Counted from the stretch's first letter, positions 50,845-61,019 are shown. The stretch: DNA of 64,000 nt from Candidatus Bathyarchaeota archaeon (GCA_963826715.1 CAWGYA010000008.1:864001-928000); one strand, 5' to 3'. Translations and numbers: made by a program. The notes: generated from the letters alone by a model not told the origin.

Positions 50845-51829
50845 GTGACTGAGCTTCAAGTGCCCAAAGTTTCAATCATAGTTGCCTCCTACAACAGCCA
50901 AGACACCATTGAAGAATGCCTTAAATCCATCTTGGCACAGAATTACCCAGCCGGCTTTTTTGAAGTCATCGTGATGGATGGCGGCAGCAAAGACAATACC
51001 GTCAAAATCGCCCAGTCGTTCCCAATCAAAGTCCTTTCAATCCCTCTTAACTGCCCAGCCGCCTACAACTACGCCCAAAAAATCGTCGCCCACCCAATCT
51101 TGGGCTTCATCGACGCCGACGCCAAAGTCGAACCCGATTGGTTGAGCAAACTTATTACCCACCTAAATGAGCCTCAGGTGGCAGGGGTAAGCGGCAGCAT
51201 CGAAACATGGAACCGCGAAAATCTTTGGGCAAGAAGCATCGGGTATGAACTCAAAAACCGCTACAGTCGCATAGGAAAATACACAGGCAGAATCGCCACC
51301 ATGAACCTGCTTTTGAAAAAATCTGTCATCGAGGAGGCGGGCGGATGGGACGAGAAGCTTCCAGCCAATATGACACCGATCTTGGATTCCGAATTAGTGC
51401 AAAAGGCTACAAAATCGCATACGAACCTACTGCGGTTTGTTTCCATTTTAATCGTCCAACGATTAAGGCTTTTTATCGGCAGCAGCTACAGTACGGCAAA
51501 AACACCCTTAAACTCTACTTCAAGCATGGGCATTTAGCACGAGGGGACGAAATTACTGACATAGGAATGAACATCCAACCTATCTTACTTCTAGGATAGT
51601 GGCTTTTTTCCTTGCTGGAATAGTTCCATTACTTAGGTTGCTTTGGGGTGTTTCGGGATTAATCTTTTTGGCGATGGTGGTTTACTTTGTTTATTCAGCG
51701 GTGAAGATAGCGGTCAAGTTTCACGACTTAACTGCCATGCGCCTATTGTTGCTTTACTTTGTGAGGGCTGAAGCATGGTTTGACGGCGCCATGATAACCA
51801 CTTTTAGATACCTTGTAGGGAGGGACTGA
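50845..51829 (+). CDS. Glycosyltransferase family 2 with C-terminal TM helices, frameshifted near 51361 and 51596
   Basis: VSIIVASYN, DGGSKD, FIDAD, then YDTDLGFR and FYRQQ in a second frame and TM helices in a third ORF. Confidence 0.75.
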
Positions 51830-51831
51830 TA

Positions 51832-53027
51832 ATGGCGCACAAGGTCTGCTTTATCTCACCTGAATACTGGCCGCTCACAGGAGGAACAGGTTCCTACGTC
51901 TATTACCTGTCTAATGAATTGCTTAAAAATGGCTATAAACTCTACGTCGTTACAGGCTCAAACCATGCTCAAGACGTCAAAGTCAATCCAAAGTTAGATG
52001 TGTCTTTTCTGAAAATACCCAAGATGCCAATCGTTAAATCCTTCATGCTCGCTGCTAACAGCAGCCGTAAACTAGGTAGCGTTCGAGATACAGCCAACGT
52101 CGACATCACACATCCACAGCTTCCTCTGACACCGAATTTTGCTGTGCCGACAAATTTTGGAAAAGCCCTCGTCTGTACAGTCCATTCCACATGGAAGGGC
52201 GAAGCCGAAGCTATTCGAGGTGAACCCTACAGCCGCCTAAACGCCAACGAAAAGTTCCTTGTGAGTTTTAACCGGTTTTTGCGGTTCTTCGAGGAAGGCA
52301 TGCTTAAAAGGGCGAGAAAAATCATCGCTGTTAGCCACTTCACCAAGTGGGAACTTACAAACTACTACAAAATTCCCCAGAACAAAATACAGGTTATCCA
52401 TAATGGGGTTGACGTTAACAAGTTTAAGCCTGCAGCGGACAAACGCAGGGCCAAGATGGAACTGGGCTTAAACCCCGACGATTTAGCTATAGTGTCCGTG
52501 GGGCGGCTCTATGCACGTAAAGGGCTCTTTACCCTAATCGAATCCATGCCCGCAGTCATCAAACGTTTTCCAACCGCTAAATTCATCATCAGCGGCAAAG
52601 GACAAAACGATGAAATGCACAAACTCAACGCCCACGCTGAGCGCTTAGGAGTCAGAGGCAACATAGTCTTCACAGGCTACACTCCCGACCGAGAACTGCC
52701 AAAACTCTACCAAGCCGCAGACGTCTTCGCTTTTAGCACCTTCTATGAGCATCACCCGTTTGCTGTGTTGGAAGCGTTGGCAACGGGCTTGCCTGTGGTC
52801 ACCACCACTGTGGGAGGTATTCCCGAAACCATCGACAGCGGCAAAAACGGTTTTCTGTGAACCTTTCAATTCCAAGCAGTTTAGCGAAAAAATCTTGTAC
52901 CTGCTAGAAACATCCAGCGGGGGCAGCGGAAATGGGTGCCAAAGCGCGGAAGACGGTTGTGGAGCAACTGGATTGGCGTATAGTCGTCAAAGACGCCATG
53001 AAAGTCTATGATGACGCGCTAAGATAA
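51832..53027 (+). CDS. Glycosyltransferase family 4, frameshifted near 52856 and 52909
   Basis: IHNGVD, VGRLYARKG, EHHPFAVLEALATGLPVV; C-terminus EMGAKARKTVVEQLDWRIVVKDAMKVYDDALR ends at 53027. Confidence 0.8.
52970..53027 (+). repeat. Direct repeat copy 1 (3' end of the GT4 gene)
   Basis: 24-bp core GGATTGGCGTATAGTCGTCAAAGA identical to 53758-53781; similarity continues to the stop codon. Confidence 0.85.
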
Positions 53028-53105
53028 TCGCCGTTTTTAGGCTCTTCATCAGCAGATTCTCATCAATCTTTAAAAAGGTAACAACCCAACTTTATCTCGA
53101 TACAA

Positions 53106-53399
53106 ATGCCAACAGTGGAGAAGTTAAAAGCGATTTTGGGTTTACATAAAGAAAATTTAAAGAAGAATTATAAGGTCAAAGAAATCGGTATTTTTGGGTC
53201 TTACGTTCGGCATGAGCAGAAAAAGAAAAGCGATCTATGCGTTTTGGTTACCTTTTGTGAAACAATTGACCTCTTCACGTTTGTTGAGCTTGAAAACTAT
53301 TTGAGCGATATTTTAGGGGTTAAAGTTGACCTTGTTATGAAAGATGGGATTAAACCTCGCCTCAAAGAGAGGATTTTAAGCGAGGCTGTTTACGTTTGA
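53106..53399 (+). CDS. mntA: Minimal nucleotidyltransferase (MNT) antitoxin
   Basis: IFGSYVRHEQKKKSDLC (second Asp of GSx10DxD replaced by Cys), KVDLV. Confidence 0.85.
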   Translation: MPTVEKLKAILGLHKENLKKNYKVKEIGIFGSYVRHEQKKKSDLCVLVTFCETIDLFTFVELENYLSDILGVKVDLVMKDGIKPRLKERILSEAVYV

Positions 53400-53738
53400 G
53401 AGACTTTCAAGTCTATATTGAGGACATAATTGACGCATTAAACAGCATAGTAAGCATACACTAAAGGGCTCACCTATGAGGGATTCGTTAACGATAGAAA
53501 AACCGTTGATGCAGTAATAAGAAACTTTGAGATTATCGGTGAAGCAGCTAAACAAGTTCCCCTTTCAATTCGAGAATTGTACTCCAAAGTGCCTTGGAGG
53601 GATATGGCTGGAATGCGCGACAAGCTAATACATGGCTATTTTGGGATTCAGTTAGATGTTGTTTGGAAAACTATCAAAGAGCGTTTGCCGCCACTTCGGC
53701 TTTTACTGCTTGACGCTTTAGCAGATATGAAGAAATAA
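53396..53738 (+). pseudogene. hepT: HEPN (DUF86) RNase toxin, frameshifted near 53452; absent from the ORF track
   Basis: MRDFQVYIEDIIDALNSI, then YTKGLTYE...DAVIRNFEIIGEAAK...PWRDMAGMRDKLIHGYFG (RxxxxH) in another frame. Confidence 0.85.
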
Positions 53739-53757
53739 GCTTCGTGGAGACGCAGTC

Positions 53758-53815
53758 GGATTGGCGTATAGTCGTCAAAGAAGCAATGAAAGTCTACGAC
53801 CAAGCCCTCAGCTAA
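53758..53815 (+). repeat. Direct repeat copy 2 (orphan GT4 3' end)
   Basis: Encodes DWRIVVKEAMKVYDQALS-stop versus DWRIVVKDAMKVYDDALR-stop in copy 1. Confidence 0.85.
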
Positions 53816-53946
53816 AGTTGTCTGAGGTTCAGCATTATTTAAAAGGTAAATGATTAACTATATTTCGACTATCTGTGTTGCGACCTGTACATTTTTTTTA
53901 AGCTTAATAGGAAAATAGGCTTTAGAGTGTTTCAAGGGAATTCAAT

Positions 53947-54522
53947 TTGGCGCATGAACTCCAAGCACTTATTCAACGGCTAAAACCAATCGTGTTTGTA
54001 TACATTTTCAAAGACGAAACTCCTGCAAGAATAGATCGCTTCTTGGACGTAGGCGCAACTTTGAAGCTGGTTGGTGGCTTTGAGGCTCTCACTTTTTGGT
54101 TCCGATGGGATCATGACTAGGAAGGTGATGGCATAGAGGACTGGGAACCGGTCACCTATATTATGAGCGGAGAAAAAGTTGTTGATATTCAGACACGTAC
54201 TCATTGGCGGATTGTTCGCTGGTTGAGTGACGATCCTGTTTTGGATGGTGAACGAGCGATTCTTTATTTTAGTAAACATGGCCATGCCCCATACATGCAA
54301 GTCAAAGCGAATGTTGGCTGGCTAAAAAGTGCTTTTGACAAGACCATCATAGGGTACGCGATACCTGATTTCCTTGAAGTAATGGCTGAAGAAGCTGGTT
54401 ATTTGGAAATAAGTAATTATGATGTAATACCTAACCGTGAAGCTCCACGCACGTCACGAGCAATGACAGGTGTCACTATTCTTGGCAAAAAATTCTTTGC
54501 GCAATGCTTCAAAAAGCCCTAG
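53947..54522 (+). CDS. Hypothetical protein with Vps62/NPP1-like motifs, interrupted by one in-frame TAG at 54118-54120
   Basis: TTG start after AAGGGA; MAHELQALIQRLKPIVF...WDHD-TAG-EGDGIEDWEPVTY...YFSKHGHAPY in a single frame. Confidence 0.55.
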
Positions 54523-54532
54523 AATGCGTAGC

Positions 54533-55207
54533 TTAGTTTTTTTGCGTTTTGTACCTTTTCAGCAGCTCGTCGATTGAGTCAGTGTCTTTGCTTTCATTTA
54601 GAACCTGATATCCAACAACCCAGTTCTTGAGTGATTCTTCTATTTTTGTGAAATGTCTCGTCTAATGACCTCTGGAGCTTTGCCATCAGTAACCTCTAAA
54701 GCCTTGAACATATAAGCAAATCCCGTTGATAGAGGAGCATCTGGATGCATCTTAACCCATTTCTCAACGGTATCAGTCGTTGCAAGCAATTCATCTATGA
54801 GGTCTTCCTTTCCCAGGGATTGTTTGCTTGCATTGTCAAGTTTGCCAAGAATAAACGTGCTAAAAGTTAAAGAATCGTAATTTAGCGCCCTCTCATAGGG
54901 GTCTTCAATATTATCCTGCAATCTTGACTATTTTGTCGAGGGACTCTCTCTGAAATTGTTATCCTCAGTCTTGGTAATTGATGTCGTATTTGTTAAAGAC
55001 AGGTCTTAGGTCTCTGAGGTTTCTTTGAGGAATCTCAATTACACAATTCGCCAATTTTCTATGCGGTATTTTAGATAGGATGCCATCGTTGTTTCTACCG
55101 TATAGTTCATTGTGAAATTTGGTCTTATCCTTTGTATTCTTGGAAGAAACTTGATATCTGATTATCACGTTAGCTTTAGTTAGTTTTTCGCAGCCTTCTA
55201 CTTGCAT
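54533..55207 (-). pseudogene. Hypothetical gene broken into pieces by several indels (N-terminus weakly Cas2/ferredoxin-like)
   Basis: ORFs 54965-55207 and 54640-54921 plus a tail IEESLKNWVVGYQVL...KN-stop can be joined by frame changes. Confidence 0.4.
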
Positions 55208-55409
55208 CTTCTTCTACCTGCTTTGCAAGTATAATACTTCTATTAGTTATTATATAATCATTGTGTGGTAATCACAGAAGCAAGGCGCTGTTTTCTCAAT
55301 TACAGTACTTAAGTGGCGATCCCTTAGCCCAGACGCGGTCAAATTTGACAGAAGCATGGTAATAATGTTTAAGGGCATTCTTCCTGCTATGATGTCTGGC
55401 TGGTTGTGT

Positions 55410-57416
55410 TTGAGGGGTAAGTTATGGTCAATTGAGCAGGAGCGGCAACTGCGAGACCTCGTCGCAAAGGGAGTTGGTATTGCCGAGATTTCAGAGTTAT
55501 GGGTAAGACGCGTGTTTCTGTGCGGTCCAAGATGTATCATTTAGGTTTGTCTGTAGTTGATGCAGCAGCACCTTCCCCATCCATTGCTGTATCAGTTGCA
55601 TCAATTGCATCAGTTGCATCAACTCCAAAACCCATAATCGATCAGCCACCCATTGGTCAAGCCCCTTCTCAGGTTCCAATTATAGACCATCAACCCGCTG
55701 CTAGCTCTGCCTCTTTGCCGAGTGAGGATGACGCCTTTACGACTCAACTCAAGGAGAATGCACCTTTGCCTACCATTGAGGAGCAGCTTCATGTTTTGAA
55801 CGCTGCGATAGTAGAATTGCGCAGGCCAGGTATCAGCCGGGCTGAAGTTGCAAGGTACTCAAAGATTATTGATGGTGTAAAAGTTTACAATGACCTGTTC
55901 GCTAAATTTGTCGATTACCGAGGGCTCGAAACTAAAGTCTTGGAGTTAGAAAAACGGCTTGCAGAGAATAAAATCCATAGTGGGCAGAGTCGTCGCAGAT
56001 TCAATGCCAGAGATATCCAATCGCACTGGCAAAACCTGGATGAAGCGTACAGAATTCGCCAGCAAGCCACCCACGCAAAGGTTGAAGCAGTTAAGGGTGA
56101 CACGGCAGCGTTCTTCCAGCAAATCTGCCGTCTAAAACCCTTTGGCTACCAGTTGGAACTCCCAAAACTGTACCGTGAAAACCAGTTTTTGGCGGTTAGG
56201 TGGCCACGGCAGACAGGCAAGAGCACATCGATTGGAGCGTTGCTGCTTCAGGACGCCTATGAGAATGGCGACTTAAGCGTTGCATTCATTGGTCCGAGCT
56301 TTCGCCAAACCAAGCTTAACCTGCGACGTGTGGCGGGATTTTGCCGCAACCTGCCCCTGGGAACCTGCCAAGTGCAGAAAACCAGAATCAGCTTTGAAAA
56401 CGGCTCATTCATCGAAGCCTTCCCCAACAACCCCGACACCACCCGAGGCAACACATTCCACCGCGTCTGGTGGGATGAAGTCAACTTCACCCAAGGCGAC
56501 GACGACCTATACGACGCCCTCCTATACACCCTGGGAACCACAAACGGCAAACTCGTAGCCAGCAGCACCCCATTCAACACCGACTCACTGTTTTGGAGAA
56601 TGTGCAACCACAAAAGATTCGCAAACTATGCAAAACACCACTTTTCCTACGAGGCCGCACTTGAACCAAACGGTCCACTGAATGCGCAGATGATTGAGCG
56701 GATCAAGGAACAGTTTGGGGATGATCCAAGCCGTTGGCGTCGAGAGATGGAGGCTGAGTGGGCTGAAGATGAAGATGTGTGGCTTGCTCAGAGTTTGATT
56801 GTTTCGTGTATTGGCACCAAAAAGAACTGCGGACAAGACCTCGAAGAATACGACACAGAGAAAAGTTGCAGCGGAGAGTTTTTCTTGGGTAGACATCGGT
56901 CAAGTCAGAGACTACACATCACTAAGCATCGTAGAAATGGTGGACGACACGATTTATTTGAGGCATCAAAAACTGTTTCCGCATCCAACCACCCACGCAC
57001 ATGTCTTAGGCTACATCAAGCGTCTGCAGGATCTGTGGGGCGGCTTCCAGAAAATCCGCGTCGACTTCACCCGAGAAGGCCCCAGCCTCATCAAAGACAT
57101 GGAAAACGCAGGCATAGACAACGCTGAAGGCGTCAACTTCAGTGTCCCCCGAAAAAGCGAAATGGCAAGCCTACTAAAACAACGCATGCAAAACCAACAA
57201 CTCCGCTTTCCCCTGCTCACATGGGAGAAACCCTACCGAAGCGACATATGCAGTGAACTCAACGTTGAAAAATACCAACTGCGCAAAGACGGGAACATAG
57301 GATACAGCCACCCCAACGGCACCCACGACGACGTCTTCTGGAGCATAGCATTAGCCGTATACGCAACAACCGACATGGCGCCTGAACCTTTCTTAACAGT
57401 AGTTCCTCGAAGCTAA
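55410..57416 (+). CDS. HTH/small-terminase-like N-terminal region read through into a phage terminase large subunit; frameshifts near 55498 and 56889
   Basis: RGKLWSIEQERQLRDL...MGKTRVSVRSK HTH; Walker A WPRQTGKST, Walker B VWWDEV, ASSTP; RNase H-like VDIG and HDDVFWSIALA. Confidence 0.82.
55592..55618 (+). repeat. 3 x 9-bp tandem repeat (SVA-SIA-SVA) in a low-complexity linker
   Basis: TCAGTTGCA TCAATTGCA TCAGTTGCA. Confidence 0.7.
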
Positions 57417-57443
57417 AATCAAGTCAGGGCTAATTAATTGAGT

Positions 57444-57504
57444 TGGCGGGGCCGCTGGGATTTGGACATGGCTCACAATGGAGAAATCACCCGCACTTCC
57501 CTTT
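57444..57504 (-). repeat. Degenerate tRNA 3'-end fragment with flanking arm (att-like), copy 1
   Basis: Minus strand reads ...GTCCAAATCCCAGCGGCCCCGCCA: T-loop remnant, T-stem, acceptor strand and CCA; the flank is shared with 61441-61498. Confidence 0.7.
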
Positions 57505-57508
57505 CTTT

Positions 57509-58183
57509 TTATAATTCTAAGGGGATTATTGATAGCAGGTCAGCAAACTCATGTATTATAAAGTCAGGTTGGCTAACGAGCAACTTTGCTTGATAGTCTC
57601 TTGCATGCACGTACGCGGTCTTTCCGTATTTGCACTGTATTGTTCTTATGCCTAATTGCTTTGCGGGAACAATATCTTGCTCTAAATCATCACCGATTGA
57701 GAAGCAATTTGTAGGATCACCAATTTCCTTTAGGGCTAACTGCAAGTGTTTTCCGCATGCTTTGGGTGCTTTAACCATATCTGAAGTTATAATGCAATCA
57801 AAGAATTCAGACATTTTTAGATACTCAATCCTCGGGGTGATTACTTCTTTTACCGCATTGGTCAACAAAAAAATCCCAAAACCGTTTCTGTGGTATTTAG
57901 ATAAGACATTTTTTACCCCCGGAATTAGTTTTATTTGGTTAATTGACAAATCATGAGCTATTTTCCAGTCTATTCCAAATAGCTTTCCATGATATGGATA
58001 ATCATACCAAATCCATGAATCTTCATTCGTTCTTAAAAAGTCAAGATATTTTTCTTGAGCTTCTTTAAAGGGAATCCTTTCTTTTTCAGCAATCTCATTT
58101 TCAATTTTGTTGCACAATGTTTTGTCAAGTGAATACTCATCAGCTAACGTGCCAGTCCAGTCAAAAAGCAAATACTTCTTCAA
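57509..58183 (-). CDS. HAD-superfamily hydrolase
   Basis: FDWTGTL, LTNA, PK, IGDDLEQDI.PAK.LG. Confidence 0.88.
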   Translation of the reverse strand: MKKYLLFDWTGTLADEYSLDKTLCNKIENEIAEKERIPFKEAQEKYLDFLRTNEDSWIWYDYPYHGKLFGIDWKIAHDLSINQIKLIPGVKNVLSKYHRNGFGIFLLTNAVKEVITPRIEYLKMSEFFDCIITSDMVKAPKACGKHLQLALKEIGDPTNCFSIGDDLEQDIVPAKQLGIRTIQCKYGKTAYVHARDYQAKLLVSQPDFIIHEFADLLSIIPLEL

Positions 58184-58187
58184 GGCT

Positions 58188-60557
58188 TCACTTTCCCTCT
58201 TCTGCCTTTATTTCAATTGAGTCTAGGAATTTCTCAATTGCATCGCAAATACTCTCGATGTTGATGTCTTGATTAGCAGTTGCGACTTGTTTAATTTTGC
58301 CTAAGTACCTCTTGAGATTGGGGACATCATTTTTCTCCGGAGAAATTGTCCTGAAATAACTCCAAATCTTTAGAGAGATTATCGAACTAGGATTTTTCTT
58401 GAGGAGATACTGCTCGTCAATATCCTTTTTGAGAACCTGTTTTATTTCAGACTCGCCGTAGTATTGTTTTTGTATTTTATCATTCGTTGCAGCAGCTTCC
58501 CCTTTGTCCTTTAAGTCCTCGATAAGAAAAAGCACATATTCCTCACAGTATTTCCTGTCGTTTATTGTAGATAAAGCCAAACTGGCAGACCTAAAATAGA
58601 CTGGATTGTATCTCTGCCTATTAGTTACAATATCAATTAATACCTTAGTTAATTCTTCCGATTGGATTCGGAGTTTGCCTATATAATAAAGAACTTCCTG
58701 TAACCTTTCATCGTATTTTAGGAGGTCTTTTTTCTGTTCCTCAATAACATTCTTGAAAGCTACGGCAGCTCTTAAATTAAACTTACCGGGATTTAGCTTC
58801 AAGGTAAAACGGAGTCTTTCCGTTTCCTTGATAAAATGCTGGCTCACTTCGTGAGTTTGAAATACATTCCAAATTTCGGAACAGACACTCTGAGTTTTGT
58901 CGGGATTAAAAACGCAAGAGGCTAAGCTGAAGGCTATAAGATACTCCATAAATGACTTGTGTGAGAAAGTGAATGACCTATCAGTGGCTCGCTTAAGGAT
59001 GGCAAACACGCTAGAATTAAGCATTATATCGGCAACTTTACTTGGTTTCAAAACGATAAATCTCTTTACAGCACAGATTTGTTCTATTTCATTGATAGTT
59101 GTTTGCGCTGCAGCTTTAGATTCATAGTTTTTTTCAGCAATTGCGAGCAACAATTTGAAGCTTTCCTCTTCAAACAATTGCTTATCAAGGTTAAAGACGC
59201 CTGCCTTGCGGCTATGGTCATCGCTGATTTTCCATGTAATGAACTTATAGTATATTTCCGAAAGATTGCCTGATAGACCATCAAGAATTCTAATTTCCGT
59301 CTTGTTGCTTATTTCTAGGTCACAAAGCATTTTAAGAAATAGAGGCCTATTTGGCAGATCTAGAAACTTTTGGGATTCAACCTTTTCAAAAAAATCATTT
59401 ATTTCTTTAGTCTTAAGTGGCTGTTTGGCTAGCAATCCTTCCTTGTATTTTATCCATTGTAGGCTCTTCCAATCTCTTAATTCCACGTAGGTGTGATTCT
59501 TTAGGTCTCCTCCAATCGCTTGAAAGGCATCAAAAAAAGGGTTAAACTCCCTTCTACAAGTGAGTAGAACTACAAACTTGTTTTTGAAAAGGAAATTGAT
59601 AAAATGTTTCAGGACAACAGAGTTGCAGTCAGATTCGTCAATACCATCCAGAATTATTGCCAGTTTTCTATACTGTAGCATTCTCGCTATATTCTTGGTA
59701 AACAGGTCGTCATCTAATGACAACAATGCATTGCTATATCGAGATTTATGTTGAATAAGACATTGTATGATTTCTGCGACAACTTTCTGCGCGAGGTGTT
59801 CACCCTCGAATGTCTCGATTTTTTCATTAGTCAACTCGATAAAAATAGGGTAAATTGCTTCAGGAACCCATTTCTTGAAATATATTTTGCTGATTGTTGT
59901 CTTTCCCATGCCGTAAAAACCTGAACAAATAACGGGTCCATGTAGCACCGCCTTTTTTAGAAATCGCAGGCATCCACCGCTTGAGCAAGAAACATGTATG
60001 TGGCGCCTGCCATGGAAGTAATCAAAATTGTCAACAAAATCCTCTTCGCTAATATCATATGGCCACATTCCACTGATTGTCGATGATTTTTCCTTAAAGT
60101 AATCTTGAAGTTCTGGGTAGGGGTAGTATACATCATACAAGAATCGTGCCGTCTGTGAGCAGCTTTTGATAGTAACTTCCCCGCTTTCATAGTTACCAAA
60201 CAAGTTTGCCATTTTTGCCGTTGGATGGATGTTTGTCAAGAAAACAATGTGTGAACCTGTTAGCTTGTTATCTTTGGCAGTTTTCCACATATTGGGGATA
60301 TCTTCAAGTTTTTTTCTCATATACTCGATATTGCCGCCTGGGCTTTCACCGCCATAAATCTGGAAAAGAATTTCTTTGGATGCAAAATCAATACCCCCAT
60401 CCCTTCCATCCTCTGGCGCCCACAATGTAGGTCCGAATTTCCTAGCTAGAAATGACACTACGAATTTCTCAAAGGGAATGCCGTTTTTCTGGGTGAGGTC
60501 AGACTCAATACGAGCGAGTAACTGCTTGTTTAACTGAGGCGTCTTTTCAACATCCAT
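58188..60557 (-). CDS. NACHT/STAND NTPase with N-terminal restriction-endonuclease-like domain and helical C-terminus
   Basis: FEKFV...DGRDGGIDF...FQIY; Walker A GFYGMGKTT; Walker B IILDGIDE; TCR; RPLFLKM; FSHKSFMEYLIA. Confidence 0.85.
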   Translation of the reverse strand: MDVEKTPQLNKQLLARIESDLTQKNGIPFEKFVVSFLARKFGPTLWAPEDGRDGGIDFASKEILFQIYGGESPGGNIEYMRKKLEDIPNMWKTAKDNKLTGSHIVFLTNIHPTAKMANLFGNYESGEVTIKSCSQTARFLYDVYYPYPELQDYFKEKSSTISGMWPYDISEEDFVDNFDYFHGRRHIHVSCSSGGCLRFLKKAVLHGPVICSGFYGMGKTTISKIYFKKWVPEAIYPIFIELTNEKIETFEGEHLAQKVVAEIIQCLIQHKSRYSNALLSLDDDLFTKNIARMLQYRKLAIILDGIDESDCNSVVLKHFINFLFKNKFVVLLTCRREFNPFFDAFQAIGGDLKNHTYVELRDWKSLQWIKYKEGLLAKQPLKTKEINDFFEKVESQKFLDLPNRPLFLKMLCDLEISNKTEIRILDGLSGNLSEIYYKFITWKISDDHSRKAGVFNLDKQLFEEESFKLLLAIAEKNYESKAAAQTTINEIEQICAVKRFIVLKPSKVADIMLNSSVFAILKRATDRSFTFSHKSFMEYLIAFSLASCVFNPDKTQSVCSEIWNVFQTHEVSQHFIKETERLRFTLKLNPGKFNLRAAVAFKNVIEEQKKDLLKYDERLQEVLYYIGKLRIQSEELTKVLIDIVTNRQRYNPVYFRSASLALSTINDRKYCEEYVLFLIEDLKDKGEAAATNDKIQKQYYGESEIKQVLKKDIDEQYLLKKNPSSIISLKIWSYFRTISPEKNDVPNLKRYLGKIKQVATANQDINIESICDAIEKFLDSIEIKAEEGK

Positions 60558-60809
60558 TTAGTGCTTAATCGCAATTAGGGATTTTGCAATTAGATATTGT
60601 GAGCGACAAAAAAGAACATTTCTTTTTTTTCTCGTTGTGTATCATGAGCTCGGTCCTTGTTTATTCTTATTTTTGTCCATTTCAAATGGTTATAGCGGCT
60701 TTCCGAACTAAAATTTTGAGAGTTAACTGTAAAAAAATTTTAAATAAGCGCTAAATATAGTGCTTCAAGTAAGCGCTCAGACACTAAGCGCTGGAGGTGG
60801 AAAGACGAA

Positions 60810-61019
60810 ATGAGTAACGATGAACTAAGAATTGCGGTTTGCTTGGTTTTAGCAGCAGTGTTAGTTTTCCCCAGTTTAGCTTTGATGAACTCTAATCCAT
60901 TGTTTATTCTATCTCTTGGCGTTGGTATTCTTGTTATCATTTATGCATTTAGTCCCGATTTAGCCTCAGAAATTGTTGACGGAATTAAAGAAATAGTAAC
61001 TGCACCTTTCAAAAAGTGA
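60810..61019 (+). CDS. Small two-TM membrane protein
   Basis: Strong GGAGGTG ribosome-binding site; two hydrophobic helices. Confidence 0.65.
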   Translation: MSNDELRIAVCLVLAAVLVFPSLALMNSNPLFILSLGVGILVIIYAFSPDLASEIVDGIKEIVTAPFKK

